61,906 bases of DNA, filler included, from Sphacelaria rigidula (GCA_964200075.2; 10 parts of 10 records of this genome joined end to end with filler, not necessarily neighbours in it); one strand, 5' to 3'. Positions 11,376 to 25,292 are shown, numbered from the whole stretch's first letter. Program-made: numbers and translations. Notes: generated by a model from the sequence alone, not told the origin.

Positions 11376-11982
11376 GCGGCCGCGCCCGGCGGGGAGCAGG
11401 GAGGGCGCGGTGGCAAGGACAAGNNNNNNNNNNTTCCTTCCGCAACCCCACACCCAGAACCCCTCTTTCCCCCCCCTTTTTTTGTTCCTCCGCCCCCCCC
11501 TCACCCCCCCCCCCCCCCCGCCTGATATCACCGCCGAGTGATTTTGAGGTTTCGGCGATTTTAGTTACCATTACGATAATTACGCTGCTGCACCTGGGCG
11601 TCTTTCATATCACGTCCTCCCTGCATAACAACTACGGGTACTGTACACCGTGCTGCCACAGAACAGTAAGCGGTCAGCTGCTCATGCCGCTCATGCCGAT
11701 TTCTTCCAAGCGCAAATCGACCTCCGCAGCATCTGCCGTCTTGCGTTCCAGCTCCCGAGGCACCGCCCTTCCATCTCCCCTGGAATCATGTTCAAAAGAG
11801 CAAGTGACAGGGGTATTGTTGGGGACCAACGTGGCCAACAGGAAAACTCATGTCGAGCCGCGAATGCCGTATTTCTTGTCGAGTCTCTCATGTTGCGATA
11901 GTTGCTGCACTTGGCATCACACAAGTGAAAATGGAAAACCAGGTTCGTTGACAAATCAAATGCTGAAATGATCCAAACTGTC

Positions 11983-12239
11983 CACACGTCGGACAGCTCA
12001 TGAGCTACCTGAAATACGTAATCGAAGAGAACTCCCAGATCCATTGTACCAAAACACGAAACACGTTACAGCAGTGTCCGAGAAGCCAAAGCGTTACTTT
12101 CCCGCTGAACGGCGTGCTCGGCGTCCATCGCTGTTGGGAGCTAATACGGAAATGGTGGCCAAATGAGCTAGCTCATGATCCGGATCAGTACTCTAATAAC
12201 AAGTAATATCCAGGCAGCTCATGAGCTGTCCGACGTGTG
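11983..12239. mobile_element. MITE with CAC...GTG termini
   Basis: TIR CACACGTCGGACAGCTCATGAGCT / AGCTCATGAGCTGTCCGACGTGTG; no clear TSD. Confidence 0.75.
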
Positions 12240-15070
12240 CTATTTTGTGTATACACCAGTACGTGGCAAAGCAGTGGGAGAGGTCACACGCGGGGACTGA
12301 TTCCNNNNNNNNNNNNNNNNNNNNNNNNNNNNNNNNNNNNNNNNNNNNTTAATTAATTAANNNNNNNNNNNNNNNNNNNNNNNNNNNNNNNNNNNNNNNN
12401 NNNNCCGCACACCCTGATTGACAGGCTTTCGACAGTAGTCAGGGGACTGGCTCGATGTAGCTACCCAAGAGACGCCGCTTTCTGTGCGATACCTGGGTCA
12501 TAGCCCCGTGGCGGGGTCGCACCATGAGCGACGTCACTTCACGAGAGACCCTTGCTCCCTCCCGAGCACTCGGCGGTGGATGCCTGCCGGCCGTGCATCA
12601 AACGGCCCTACTTCATCCTTGACACACAGATGAGCTGTCCTGGACTACCGATCAGACGCGCCGTCTTGTCTCGGTTGCTTCAACTCTGCCTCAGCTTGCC
12701 GCTCCCGGGGTATGGCCTCGTGCCCACCCCTTCCTCCCTTGTGATGAAGCGATGGTCGTGTCGGGTGGTGGTAGTAGGCTCCCTTTCCTTTGAAGGCTTT
12801 GATGCATGCGCTACATTCGTTCTGGTGATTCATGGTTGCATTTCATTCACTACCGTCGTGGTGGTTGTGTATTGACATAAACTGAGCTCACATACTCCAA
12901 ATCGAGCACTCTTTTGCGTGGTACCATCTGTGTGGGAGTTGTTGGCGGACGCGAAGGTTGTTTGGCATCTTGTTGATACCTTGGTGCTTGGGTGACTGGT
13001 TTTGGATCGGCATCGGGGGGGCGTTGACGTGGGGGTAGTTGGCTGGGGGAATCTCGCCGTGACCTGGTGGCTCGTGTCGATACGTTCCTCTTCGAGAAGG
13101 GGTTATGTTGGCGCTGGCTCGAGTCAGTTCAGCGAGGCACGGGAGGTGACGACGGGGTAAGGAGGATCGGAGTACCGTGGGGGGATGGGAAGGGTATGGA
13201 GGTACGGGGGGACGGGACGGTGATGACGGGGGGAGGATGGTCAGAGTACCGCAGGAGTACGAGAAGAGGGTGAAGGAAGGACGGGATGGATACGGGGGCA
13301 TTTGGGTCGGAATGGGGGTGGGGGAGGAAAGTCAGATGCGAGGGAAAAAAAATGAGAGCGTTGAGGGAGGAAGGGCAGGGTGCGGAGGGTGGAGGGTCGG
13401 AGCAATGAGGGATGGAGGTCGGGGTGAGGGGAAAGGAGCGTTGAGATGCGTTCCCCACCGAAGCCAGTCAGTACGGAATGTTTCAGAGTGTTGAGAGACG
13501 GCCGACAATCGCCGTAGACGAGCACATTTCCACACCGAGAAAAACACGGAAGTAGGTGTCGTGATGGAGTGTTGAAATAAATTGCGTTCGTAGGCTACCA
13601 CCGTGATGTTGGTGCATAACATGCAAATATGAATTCCGAAGACAAAAAGTGGCGCTTGCGTAAATTCAAAGCCTGGGCATGGGGGTCAAGTTAGTTCACT
13701 GCCCGACACGGCCACATTCCTTGGGAAGGGAACCTGGATCCTTTTCGGGCCCGACCCTAGGCAAGCTGAGGTGGAAGCGATACAACCCGTGAGACGGAGA
13801 ACGATGGCAGTCTTGGTATCCAGGTCCAGCAGCTGTCTCGTGGTCTACGTACGTGCGTACGCACTCGCTAAGGTCTGCTGATGCCGCTTTTCGACAGTGG
13901 CGGAGGGCAGATCGGTAGTTTTACCCCAAGTTACGTTGGGCGAGTGCCTGCGGTTTCATGCGATACGTGGACAACGCGAGACGGTAAGTACTCTCGCGGC
14001 TGTAGGGGTGTTATGCTGTGTGCACATTTTTTCTTCTCCTTTGGAGAGAACTCTCACTGTCACGAACTACAAGATGATGTTTCGTGTTGTGTTGTGTTGT
14101 ACTGTACTGTACTGTACTGTTCGTATGTGTTTTTTTTCACAGAGGACATCAAATGTCATTCGATAATGTTGTTTCGATTAGTTGATTAATATACGTTGTC
14201 GTTGCTCTATCTGGGTCGAATATCAATGGCACTTTGTGGCTGTGTCGCCGCAAGAGCACTGTTTTCCGTCGCCTGGTCCTGGTGGTGAGCCATGTAAGGC
14301 GCGTTTGAAGGCGGTAACATGAGCCATCCTGCTTGTTCTTCCCATGTCATGGTTGCCTCTTGCTTCTCATCTGTAGGCACTCTCGAGACGTGCCCGGTGA
14401 ACCTGGTAGAGTGGAGCCAGAACCTTCAGTGCTTGCAGACCTGATTGATCGTCAGCGGTTACATCGTGGCCCATGTTGTGGGCGAGCTTCGGTGGTGATG
14501 CGCTGTGCATGGACAAAATGAGACGGTAAGCGAGTCATTAACAAATTTTGAAGTCGTGCTTCATTTCGAAGGGTGTTTGTTCGTGAAATGACAGCCACGT
14601 GGCACTTTACACGTGTTTGGTGATGGCAAGATAACAAACGTCGTCGTTAGCTGCCCGTAAGCTCTTCTTGTTGTTGCAAGAGTCAGTGGTCTGTTATGAT
14701 CATCCTCCCATGATCCCTTCGTCCCCCCTATCCCGTGCGCACCGTTCGCATATTTTTTTGTACACTCCTTCGGTGGCAGCAGCTGAAGCTACCGATATCG
14801 ACCATATTGGGTGTGTCCTTCACTTCATGGCGTCCTTGGCTTCGATGAATCGCAGTTATGGCGTATCTGATGGACCTGTTGGCGAGGGGGTCAGACCTCT
14901 CTTTGCTGACACGCTTGCGTTATTGACAAGCGTAACGTCGTACATGGTACTTGGAATTGTTCCGTTCTGGTGTGGGTAATGATAACAACAATGGTGATGA
15001 CAGGAGTAATGAAAAAGATGGGAGGTGATGACAAGAGTAATACTTGTGATGTAATTGCATGTTTTTTCGT

Positions 15071-15111
<41 letters not shown>

Positions 15112-15549
15112 CGTCTGTCTGCGTGCTTCCTGTACCGCAGAACGATGTCTGCTGCGCCGTGTTACTTGTATGCGCGTGTGGCAGGAGTATGCAATGCCAC
15201 GTAGGAGGAATGTTCGCGCTGCACTCGTGTTTCAGTGTTACATTTTCGCGCGGAATATTGAACGTATAATGAGTTGAGGTATCGTTCTAGGAAGCAAGGG
15301 CGATACTGTGCATGACGCGACATAATAGTCTCAGCGCCGGCGGGGGGGGCAGGATAGCATCAGATACCACTCCGCCATGGGTCGAGGGTATCTGCCACGT
15401 AGGATGCGTCCGAGGTGGTTGCTGTCACCTTTCTTTTATTTTTTGCGTCGTTTTCTGCTTTTTTTCGGCAGGAATGTTTTCGAGTGTAGTATACTTTGAG
15501 CGTGGAAGTTTGTAGGCATTTTTCTTCAGCTGTATGTTTGTCTAGGGAA

Positions 15550-18420
15550 TCATTGTAACATGCCCCTTGTCGATGGAGACGAAGATTGGCTCTGATTTAT
15601 GGGCGCTGCTTTCCCATCAGAAGGTCTGTACATTATTTTGGGGAAGTAGGTGAAAATATGGCAGCTGTGCGAACGCAGGGGTCGTGTCAAGTTGGCGAAT
15701 TCTATTTTCAAGGCCCGATTTGTTTTGAGGGGTCTGGCAATTTTTTTGGGTTGTAGAAGGCCTAGTCTAAGGGGATTCTGAGGGACATCGGTGGAACGAA
15801 AGGGCGGACATGAATTGTCCCCGGGGATACGGTCGAGGTATATATATTTCAAGCCAGAAATTATTGTATTCCGCGTTTGGAACTCAGGATTGGTTCGCGC
15901 TGTAAGTTTTACTTTTTATGGTTCAAGGCTGGTCGCGTTTTTTTTTTTTGTAATTTTGGCCGTTGGGTATTCTATTTGGCGGTGTGGTAGTGTTGCTTTT
16001 AGACCATGAGCTTCCTTTCGAACACTCGAAGTTTCCACGGGGAATGAGTTCGCACAAGTTACAAGGTAGTTGAGTTAGGGAGGGCTTGCGTATGGGCTTG
16101 AATTTTGATCTTCCGCAGTCGCATGATTTCCCTAGATTCCAAGGGATGTTGTACGACGTCCAGCGTTTGGCGAAGGAATGAAAGTTTTACAGCTCCAGGC
16201 TGGGCGGGTATTGGAAGATCGTTGGCGCAAGGCACGAGGTTGGTCTTGAATGTTACAGTTGTGTTCGAGATGGATGAAATGGGATATTGGATTCGAAATA
16301 GTATGGTCCAAATTGAAACAGATGGAATATGTGGCATACATCTTTTTAGTGCACGATTGAATCTGGATCGCGGCCTGTTCCTCTGTGGTTTGAGGAAGGA
16401 TATCGCACTCAAGTCGGCTCACAACACAAAATTGAATGTGGACCGCGGGTGTCGATCTTCACGGTGCAACGAACTTACTTTCTAGAGGTGAACAGCCCAA
16501 TTAAGGTACGCTCAAGGCACCTGACGGGAAAAACTCTGGTTCGTGAGAACCACGGCATGCCGGAAAATGCCCAAGGTATCCGCCGGAGAGGGGCAATTGA
16601 GTCCTGTCACCTTACCAAGCGTTTCAAAATTGGAGAATGATCACAACAAACTGCAGCCAAATATCCTCTGTTCCAATGAACCTTTTGGGAACCCTCCCTC
16701 CCGTCCCCGGTCCAGACGCCTCATTATTTCAAGCGCTGAGAAATAAGAAATGGGAAAAGGAAAAACCGACAACAACGCAACGGGTCACGTATGTTCAACT
16801 CTGTGCACAGCAAAAACCAGCACCGCAGTCTCTTAATTTCAAACAACAAAAATCATAACCACCTGTATAATTTGTATCAGTCTGAGTCGAAATATAAGCA
16901 GGATTTGAAAAACCGAAATATAAGCCTGATATAGATGGACCGCCCTAGATTTACTGTACGAGCTGGGCCAACCTAGATGCGGATATGAAGTTTGCAGGCC
17001 CATGCTCAGCCCAATATTTAGAGCCGGAGCGTAAAATTTGGTATGGGCAATGAATGCATAAGGCATGAAAAAAGAACGTTGATACCATTTTTTTTCATGA
17101 GTCGGGGGCATTTTACTGATACCTCAAAACGGATTATTGCCCTTCACTGATGAAAAAAAAAATGGTACCCTATCATTGTCCATACCAACTTTGACGCTCC
17201 AACTCTAAATATTGGGCTGAGCACGGACCTTTTAAGAACCAGATCGGTAAAAATTTGGGACAGTATATCGAAGGCTACTCACCGGCCCACGTTTGGTTTT
17301 CGTGTAATGGAATTTTGAGTGGGCGCTCTCTAAGGCATCATAACAACACTAAGTGGGTCAGGTTCTATTCAAATATTTTTTTTCACTAGTTTAGGGCCTT
17401 CTAGTATAGTGACGACCATTTCTTCACGAGAACGCCCTGACCTCTATGAAAAAACAAAATGAAGGTCCATTTTTTTTCTCATCCGGCGCTTTTTTGTGAT
17501 TCTCCATGCTAACTTTCAAAGCACAATTAAAAAAATTGAGCAAAAACATTGAAGAGAGAGAGAGCAATGCTCATTTCTCCTCAAAACTCCACTGAAAACA
17601 TGATTTTTTTTCAAAATAATGGAACAATGGAAAAAGGTAACAAGCTGTTATCATTATTTTTATCATGTACTAGCGGTTCACCACACGAAATTTCATGGAA
17701 CAACTCTCAAAAACTGAGACGCGATATCCAGATTGAGGGCATTTAGTGCCTCTGCTCGTAATATGTCGATTTTAGTATTGAAACTTCTGTGCACTATATC
17801 TCGGGATAGATGACGAATTGGGTGAAGGTGAGGGTATCTATCGTCTCCCCTTGCTCCAGATAATTTAATGTCCACACCAACATTCGTCATCAGCTGATTG
17901 CATCGATCGGGGGTTTCATAAAGATTTAGTATGGACGCCATTTCCGTTAGGTACAGAAATTACTAGACATGGGCTTTAATCAACGAGAAAATATGGGCCC
18001 GAACTTCCGAGCAGATGGGCACCTCCCCCTTGGTTAGACAATTAATACGATATGCGGATCACGGCTCGACTCGTCTGTGTCGATGACTTATTGCTTTTAG
18101 AGCTGTGGCGAAATCACGCCGTCCCGGTCGAGTATATAGTGGATCCTGGATGATGACCAGGGAACAAGGGCATCATGCGGATGAGGACCCTTACTGTGTA
18201 GCCCAGGCCTGATGGTAGGCTGCAGGGGTTCACTCCAAGATAATGATAAGGTGTTGTAAAGGCTGACAACTGAGAACCTTGAGGTCAGAAGAGCTGGGGA
18301 GTCCCTCAACAGCATCTAGACGCTGCAGTACTAGCAAACCTGCTAGCGTCACAATACCGATAATATATGATATAGAAAGGGGTATAGACAGGTTCCACAC
18401 CTTCCTAGCTATGATCAATG
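15550..18420 (-). mobile_element. Possible highly decayed Penelope-like RT relic, interrupted by an AT-rich foldback insertion (~16760-17690)
   Basis: Minus-strand fragments in plausible order: YHQAWATQ*GSSS, NLYETP, RYPHL, ASQFLR, then LEIMRRL..GGFPK after the insertion. No intact Y(V/I)DD was seen. Confidence 0.3.
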
Positions 18421-19677
18421 TGCTGCAAGCTTGAGTAGGTGCGCAAACGCACTAGGTGTCCGAGTAAAACAAGCTGCAAATGCACACGTGCAGATTCACG
18501 TGACTNNNNNNNNNNNNNNNNNNNNNNNNNNNNNNNNNNNNNNNNNNNNTTAATTAATTAANNNNNNNNNNNNNNNNNNNNNNNNNNNNNNNNNNNNNNN
18601 NNNNNGTTGCTTGCCTTAGTCGTGTGACCATTGACCACGCATCCCTTTCGAGACGGAGCAGGGGGGATGAGGGGGGTTGAAAAATGCTGGCAGAGGTGTC
18701 CACGAAACAAACATTCGCTGTAATTCTTGAGTATTATCGTACATCGAACATGGTCCCCAATTCATCACCGATCTAGTGCATGTTTATGGACGAAATTACT
18801 GTGCTTTTTCTTCAATGCCTTCGTACTAATGGAGTTATTACGACTAAAACAATGAAGCGCTAGACGGGCGGGCAGATTCCACGTTTCGAGTCGATCCACT
18901 ACCGAACACTTCTTTTCTTGGCTTGCCTTAAACCTCAGCGATGTTCCCGTTAACAGCTGTGTTCGTACACATGTCCTGCTTGGTCTTCGTGTCTCCTTCC
19001 TTCTTTTCTTTCCTACTTCTCCCCATTTGCTTGTTATCCGATGCCTCTCCTTCTTGTCTTCGTTTTTTTTTGTGTTTCTGGTGTTTTTGGTTAGTACACT
19101 CCCGCGGCGTATTTTGCGTCTTCGCGCGCCCTCATAACCTGAAGCCAGATTGCAGGGGTCGGACCATCCCCTTTACCTTGTTCATCATGTCCTTTTTTCT
19201 CCTTTTTTCCTGTTGTTGTTTCTACCGGTTTTATCGGGACCGACTGTTCATCTTCTTCGTCTCTCTTCCCTTCCTTTCCTTTCCCCTTCAATTTTTTTGT
19301 TCTCTCGTTCTGCTCAGCTCACTCCGTTTACTACTGCTCATATTTTTCCTTCTCTATTTCCTCCCTCGACAGCGAGTGTTCCCGCTCTGCTTATCTTGGG
19401 CACGTTCATCTTGTGGCGACGACGGCTGGATCATGACTCCCAAGGGATCAGGTAACCCTCTAGGGCCCCACCGTCACGAACGACCCAAAGCGCGTTTTGC
19501 TGGCTGGTGGTAAGTGTAGAGAATGACGCGTAGAATCAAGATCAACCACGCACACTCAAAAGAGTGTCGTCCATGTGTGTACCCTACACCGGTCTCAGTC
19601 AGTACCGCCGCAGTACAGTACAGGGGTAGTAGAGCACAGTGCAGGACAGCAGGGCACAGCAAAACACTGCAAACAAA

Positions 19678-19970
19678 CTTTTCGTGAGATTGAGAGTAGA
19701 GCGCTGATTGAGAGTGGCTTTGGTCATTCGCTTTAACCTAGCCAATTTTTCATTCCGTGCGTGTTTGTGTATTTTTTTTTGCCTCATGACTAGCGTGTGA
19801 TTGCAGCAGCTACACGTCGATATCCTACTCAGAGATAATCAAGGGCCTCGCTACTACAGAAAGCATGTCGGGCCTCGTGGAGGGGCCTTTCGGAACTGAG
19901 ACGATTCACTCGCTGATTGACCGCTTTTCACTCTCAACGATATCCCCTCTACTTTAAACCTCATGAAAAC
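19678..19970. mobile_element. MITE with TTTTCGTGAGATTGAGAGT termini (reverse copy of 36553-36824)
   Basis: Shares its interior (GCTACACGTCGATATCC) with 36553-36824; fragments at ~23930-24130 and 37209-37245. Confidence 0.7.
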
Positions 19971-20730
19971 GTCGTTCGCATCGCACCGCACGCCCCCGGG
20001 GAGTACAGTCCTACATTTTATGGCCGTCTGTATCTAAGCGTGTCACCGACAGACGCCACTCCCAGCTCGATTGCAGGGCAGCACGACATATCTTGGGGGG
20101 AGGGGTGGCCAACAACGAGTGCGCAATACAGTACAGATGGTACAGCACAGTGCCGTACGTGAAAAGGAGAGATGTGCCAGGTGCGCACAAGTTTGTGCGC
20201 AGTGGTCGCTGGCGGCTTGTGCCCCCGGTCATGCTGCCGCCAGCCGTAGCTGGAGAGGGTAAGCAGGAGCGGCGGCCTTTCTCCTGTCATTTCTGCGTAG
20301 TGCAGTCGTCGCATACTCTCCGTTCACCTGGAATTCCAGCTGCTTATTGGTGTCTTGTAAACTGGGCGGAATAGTCTTGCCTCGTGTGAAGAGAAAAGAA
20401 GGGTCTGCAGAGACGCGTTTTTGGGAGACATCTCCCTGCTCTGATATCAAGCGATGAACCATCCTCCGAAACTTTCAACAGTTGTCTGCTGTATAAACAA
20501 AAATAAAAAAAAATTGGCCCCCAGGAAGACCCAGGATGTTTAGACACTGCGCCCATGTCTTCTTTGCCTCTTCCTGTGGAATTACTCGACTATCGTGATA
20601 GGCATTTATGTTCTCGCCTCGACACGATTTTCCTGAAAAAACGAACAACAAATTGCCGGATTTTGGTCGGTGGCCGCTTGATTGCTCCACCCTCTGCTGA
20701 TGTGGCTGGTTCAGCACCACCGGAGAACAA

Positions 20731-20803
<73 letters not shown>

Positions 20804-20870
20804 TAATCATCATCATAATGATAATCATAATAATAATAATAACAATAATAATAATAATAATAATAATAAT
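20731..20870. repeat. (AAT)n microsatellite
   Basis: Pure to ~20800, then imperfect. Confidence 0.97.
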
Positions 20871-21297
20871 ACTGTCGACCGTACACGAGGTGGGGCCCAA
20901 AAGAGGTGGTGTTATGACAATTACACAGTCGATCATTCAAGTCAATATTCCCCACTTTTCAACTAATGGTATAGCTCGATTCAGCACGATCGCTCATTCG
21001 TCGCGCGTGACTTCTAAACCCTCACATTATTTTTCTCGGGCCCTTGAGTACATCCATCTCTTGCGGTCTGGATAGAATGTTGGGCACTCTGCGGACAGGC
21101 TTCGGGGGGGGGGAGGGGGAGCGGGACGTTTTCTGGGTGGACAGAGAACGTGTACATCATGAGAAGGGTGTTGCGAAGTATACGCCGCGCGCCACAGTCA
21201 TTTTGTGCATTATCCACGATCACGACATGTGATCGTCGTCTTAGTAGAGCAATATGGTTGTGCCGTCTTCATTTTTCAATAATATGGAGGCGTTTAC

Positions 21298-21818
21298 TAG
21301 AGCTCGGAAATGGTGTGTCTGACCATTAACCAGATGAAGGGTTACGCGTGGCGCACTTATTAACCAATAAAATGGTACAATATGTTTTCGTGATCAAGCG
21401 GCGCAGCCGCTAGCAAAAAAGCCCCCCCCCCCCCCCCCCCCCCCCCGCCCCCCCCCCCCCCCCGCCCCCCCTACCCCCNNNNNNNNNNAATAAAAAAAAA
21501 AAATAAAAATTTTTTTTCGGGAACACCCCGCGCCCCCCCACAAAAACAACCCCCCCCCCCCCCCCCCCCCCACCGCTGGAGGCGCCGTGCCGGAGGCACA
21601 TTTTTACGCGATTTGGCTTCACGAGAGCTCAAAAATAAGATAAATTTGGTCCAACTTTCAAGAGCTGTATGTATCATACGTAGCTGGTAACGGCTTACAA
21701 CGCCGGTAACGGTAAATAGTGGTATGAAAACATTATGCAAATTTTTCATATAACCGACACCGTTTTTTTCTTTGTAATGAAAATGGCCAGCAATACCTGG
21801 TACCATCTCCGAGCTTTA
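21298..21818. mobile_element. hAT-like MITE (same family as 7165-7546)
   Basis: TAGAGCTCGGAAATGGT...ACCATCTCCGAGCTTTA; interior homologous to the first copy; contains an internal N gap. Confidence 0.8.
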
Positions 21819-22189
21819 CGTTTCACAGGAAAATTCTTGACGTCTTGCTTGGGGGTTGCATTTGATACGCATCATGCTCCGCGGCGTGAAGTGTGCTGAA
21901 GTTCAAGGGGCACAAATCACCAGGGGAAAGTGGCGCTACATACAATCTCAGGGGCACCCGGATGGCAAAGGAGAGAGGGAGCGCCCAATACACGGAATGT
22001 GTCGCGGCTCAGGAACACACAGCATAGTTGGCCCTGTATACTTCGAGCCGGCGACAAAACGAAAACCGCGCCCTGACTGCATGATGCGACCCACGCCTAA
22101 GCCGGACTGGAATACCTGCGATTCATCCGTGAAAAGTGTAACTTGCACTCTTTCCTATTTTGGAACCAGGTGAAGTAGGGAAATATGTA

Positions 22190-22530
22190 GGGCAATGGCC
22201 TAGAAAAGGTCTATCTTCTCGTTTTTTGCCCAGGAAAGGTACGAAAGAATTCCTACATCAGGTACACCTCGGCGAAATGTGGCCTACAAAAGGTAAGCGG
22301 GTCCTGGAGGCGAAGCGTCCGTTTTCGCGTGGCCATATCTCCCGATAATTTGTTTTTTATCCGTTGTTTTTTAGTCCCGGGTGCCAACGGCCCCCACGAA
22401 TGGTGTGCCTGAAAAATCCGGAGCGAAAACGGTCAAAATGGCGTGTTCGGCTGTTTTCGTGTGTCTGGTCATTTTTCGTACCTTTCCTAGGCACAAAACG
22501 AGAAGGTATACCTTCTTTAGTCTATTGCCC
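22190..22530. mobile_element. MITE with ~60-bp imperfect TIRs (GGGCAAT termini)
   Basis: GGGCAATGGCCTAGAAAAGG...GGAAAGGTACGAAA pairs with TTTCGTACCTTTCC...CTATTGCCC. Confidence 0.65.
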
Positions 22531-24345
22531 AAATCTATATATATATATATACGGGTATAGGGGTGAATCCCCTCGATGAGCGGTGTCGTTATGTCATCCA
22601 GTGCTTGTCTTGATACACCTGGTATGCTTGTACGTATGACTGTCCCTCGAGAGATCGAAAGATGGAACCGTGCGATTCTTAGTTCTTTGGTTGGTGGTAT
22701 TTGGGGCCTTGAGTCTTGCCCGTAGTGAACCCTATTTTCATTTCTACTTGGCCTCGCGCGATGAGTTGGAAAGCCGGGTGCCACCCCCTGAAGTCCGAAT
22801 GGCCACCTGCGGCACTGGATCTTCTGAGGTTAGTCATATGTATTCTCTTTCTTCTCAATTATGTATCCCCGTTTTGCTTGTATCGCGTTTCGTGAGTTTT
22901 CATCCAGGTCTATCTTGTTTTTTTGGTTTTGCTAACCTGTGACCACGGAAGGCATCCGCATCAGATGCCCGGTACGAATGTACAGCGCAAATATCGGAAC
23001 GGTTTTTAATGTGAAGACAACCACAACAACGACAACAGCATATCCGCGAAACGTCGATCACGCGACTGTCGGAGAAAGCTTGAGATGTTCACGCGAGAGC
23101 GTCCTTGACAAGAATGCTAAGGTTGATTCTGATAGAAGACGACAACAGCAACCGCCCCCGTCATCGTCGGATTGTCGCGATCTCCGGCTCGCAAAGTCTC
23201 CACTATTGTCAGTACGGGGACGTTGCCCCCCCTCCGAACAGCTCCACCGTGGTCCTTGGCAAAAAGACACTGTCATCTTCGGCTCGGCTGTGCGGCCGCG
23301 TCTTGCGCGAGACGGCTTGTAAGACCTCGAGGGTAGCTGCCTCAAAGATATGACGAACCCTGACCGGTGATTGTTTTCTGTGTTACTGCAAGCGTCGACC
23401 GATGAGCAGCCGACCTAAACGACAACGCCAACAAGATCGAGCGCTGCTTCCGCGCGAATTTTGAAATCGTTTCCTCTGGAATCGTTATGAGAGAGTGAGG
23501 AATGCTCCAAAAGGATATGCAGCATCCATCGTGCGTAATCGTCCTTTCAACCGACGCAGCGCAGAAAACACGTCGGGACTACATATTATTTGCAAAAGGA
23601 TAACACTGTTGTACTGTGTGTGGTCGTTGGAGAACAACATCAAAACGTCAAAACCACCTCATTGCGAAGAGGGTCATACTGTGCCATGTGAGCGGGAATA
23701 CAAAGATCAGCATATTCGCCAGGTTTGAGTGTCTAGCAATTGATGTATCTCCACCCTTTAACCGACTGGTATTTCTTGGGGGATACTCTGTCGAGGAAGT
23801 CGAGAAGCGGCTCTTATGAGAGCCTTTTAGCCGTGGGATGAAATCTAGTGAACTTTGTACAATTTTATTGCACTGGCGTCGTCAATGAACAGAAATCGAG
23901 AACCACGGATTTCCAGAAATGGTCGAGTAATGCCTGTAAACGTTTCACGGCCGAAATGTCCTTCCAGGGGCTATACGAGGGAGGTATTGCACGCTTTCTT
24001 CAGTAGCTTGCCACTGAAGCCTCTGATATCCGTGAGGGGGATATCGACGTGTAGCTTTTCAAAGCAAACGACATAATTAGAAGGCGAAAATAGTACACAC
24101 ACATGAATGGAAAATTGGTCACGTCAGAGCGAATCATAAAACTTGCTCTCCATCAAATCTATATTTTCAATCTCGATCTGGGGAAGGGTTGTTCGTGACC
24201 ATTTCGACGAATCAGAACTATCAAAATGGTCACTGCCACCCCCTCAGCAGAACTCCAAACTCCACCCGACGGGTCCACCATTTTGTTGGATGACCCCAAG
24301 TGTCATTGATGCCGCCTCCTTGTCCGAGATTGTCCTTGTCTCGGT

Positions 24346-24690
24346 CCGGTGAGAACCCGGCGTGCTCCGCCCCGGCTTTGTAGGGGCGGACCCCCGATGG
24401 GGTTGGCGTCGGTTAGCGTTGACGCTATAAAACACGCCTCTCACTGCGGAAGATAGGCAACCAGGTTATCGATTTGTTTTTGCGCGCTTACGTTTTTTTG
24501 CGGTAACCATGATGGTAGTCGAGCTAGCATCATCTTGTGCGACGTGGGAGAACCTCAATTACGCACAATGCGGATGATCGTACTACGTGGTGTTTACATG
24601 GTGAGACACACACGAGGCAGTGTATAAGCCATGGCTGTCTCTGGAAGTGGCGATACCACAGCATAAAGCAACTCATTGTAGACTGTCATC
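24346..24690 (+). repeat. Dispersed non-coding repeat family B
   Basis: CCGGTGAGAACCCGGCGTGCTCCG...GGAGAACCTCAA...CATTGTAG; homologous to 55365-55707 (+), 43409-43636 (-), 46505-46790 (-) and fragments at ~26100 and ~46330. Confidence 0.85.
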
Positions 24691-25030
24691 CAAATGCAAG
24701 ATAATCNNNNNNNNNNNNNNNNNNNNNNNNNNNNNNNNNNNNNNNNNNNNTTAATTAATTAANNNNNNNNNNNNNNNNNNNNNNNNNNNNNNNNNNNNNN
24801 NNNNNNGATCCTATGACTATAGCATGCATGATCATGAGTACCCCCCCCCTCCCACTCCCCCTCCCTCAACATACGAGGAATCTTGCCAGCTGACCTGGTC
24901 CCCACAATTTGGCACATTCTACGTTTGTTTTGTACTCATACCTTCACGCATACTCCACTCTTGCATGCGCTCAAAACCGATGACACCCCTGCCAGTTCTT
25001 TATAGCGACGCTAGGGTATCTCGTGTACAG

Positions 25031-25292
25031 GCTCGGCTTCGCTTACCTGATCCCCCAGCACTGGAAGAGACTACGCCTTACGGCGGAACAGGCAGAGCAA
25101 GAGATCGCGGGCCACACGTTTCTGTTCGTGGGTGGGCCGCACAGAGGGGGCACGACGATTTTGTGGAAGTGCTTGAGGGAGCATCCCCTTATCTCGGGGT
25201 TCGGCGATCGAGTGGGTACCGACTACAGCGAGGGTATCTTCTTGCAGAGCGTGTACCCTACGTTTGGCATAGGCGGGGAGAAGGTCCACCCG
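25031..25292 (+). CDS. Sulfotransferase (Sulfotransfer_3-like), first visible exon; 5' exon(s) missing
   Basis: Acceptor GTACAG; 5'-PSB loop FVGGPHRGGTTILWKCLREHP; donor CCG|GTGAGG (alternative in-phase donor after 25283). Confidence 0.85.

Noticed and set aside
10800..11971. Long Pro/Gly-rich ORFs, including 11084-11971
   Set aside because: They are produced by poly-C/G runs and N gaps.
12405..13500. ORFs in a purine-rich imperfect-repeat region
   Set aside because: Low complexity and no identifiable domain.
18941..19513. 190-aa hydrophobic ORF as a membrane protein
   Set aside because: The Phe/Leu/Ser bias follows from a pyrimidine-rich tract; no coding signature.
20475..21075. Poly-Ile/Leu/Tyr ORFs (and poly-Thr/Val ORFs at 48998-49556)
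   Set aside because: They are microsatellite translations.
22670..23353. Short ORFs as 5' exons of the sulfotransferase
   Set aside because: They lie on a different contig across a linker, and no phase-compatible donor was found.
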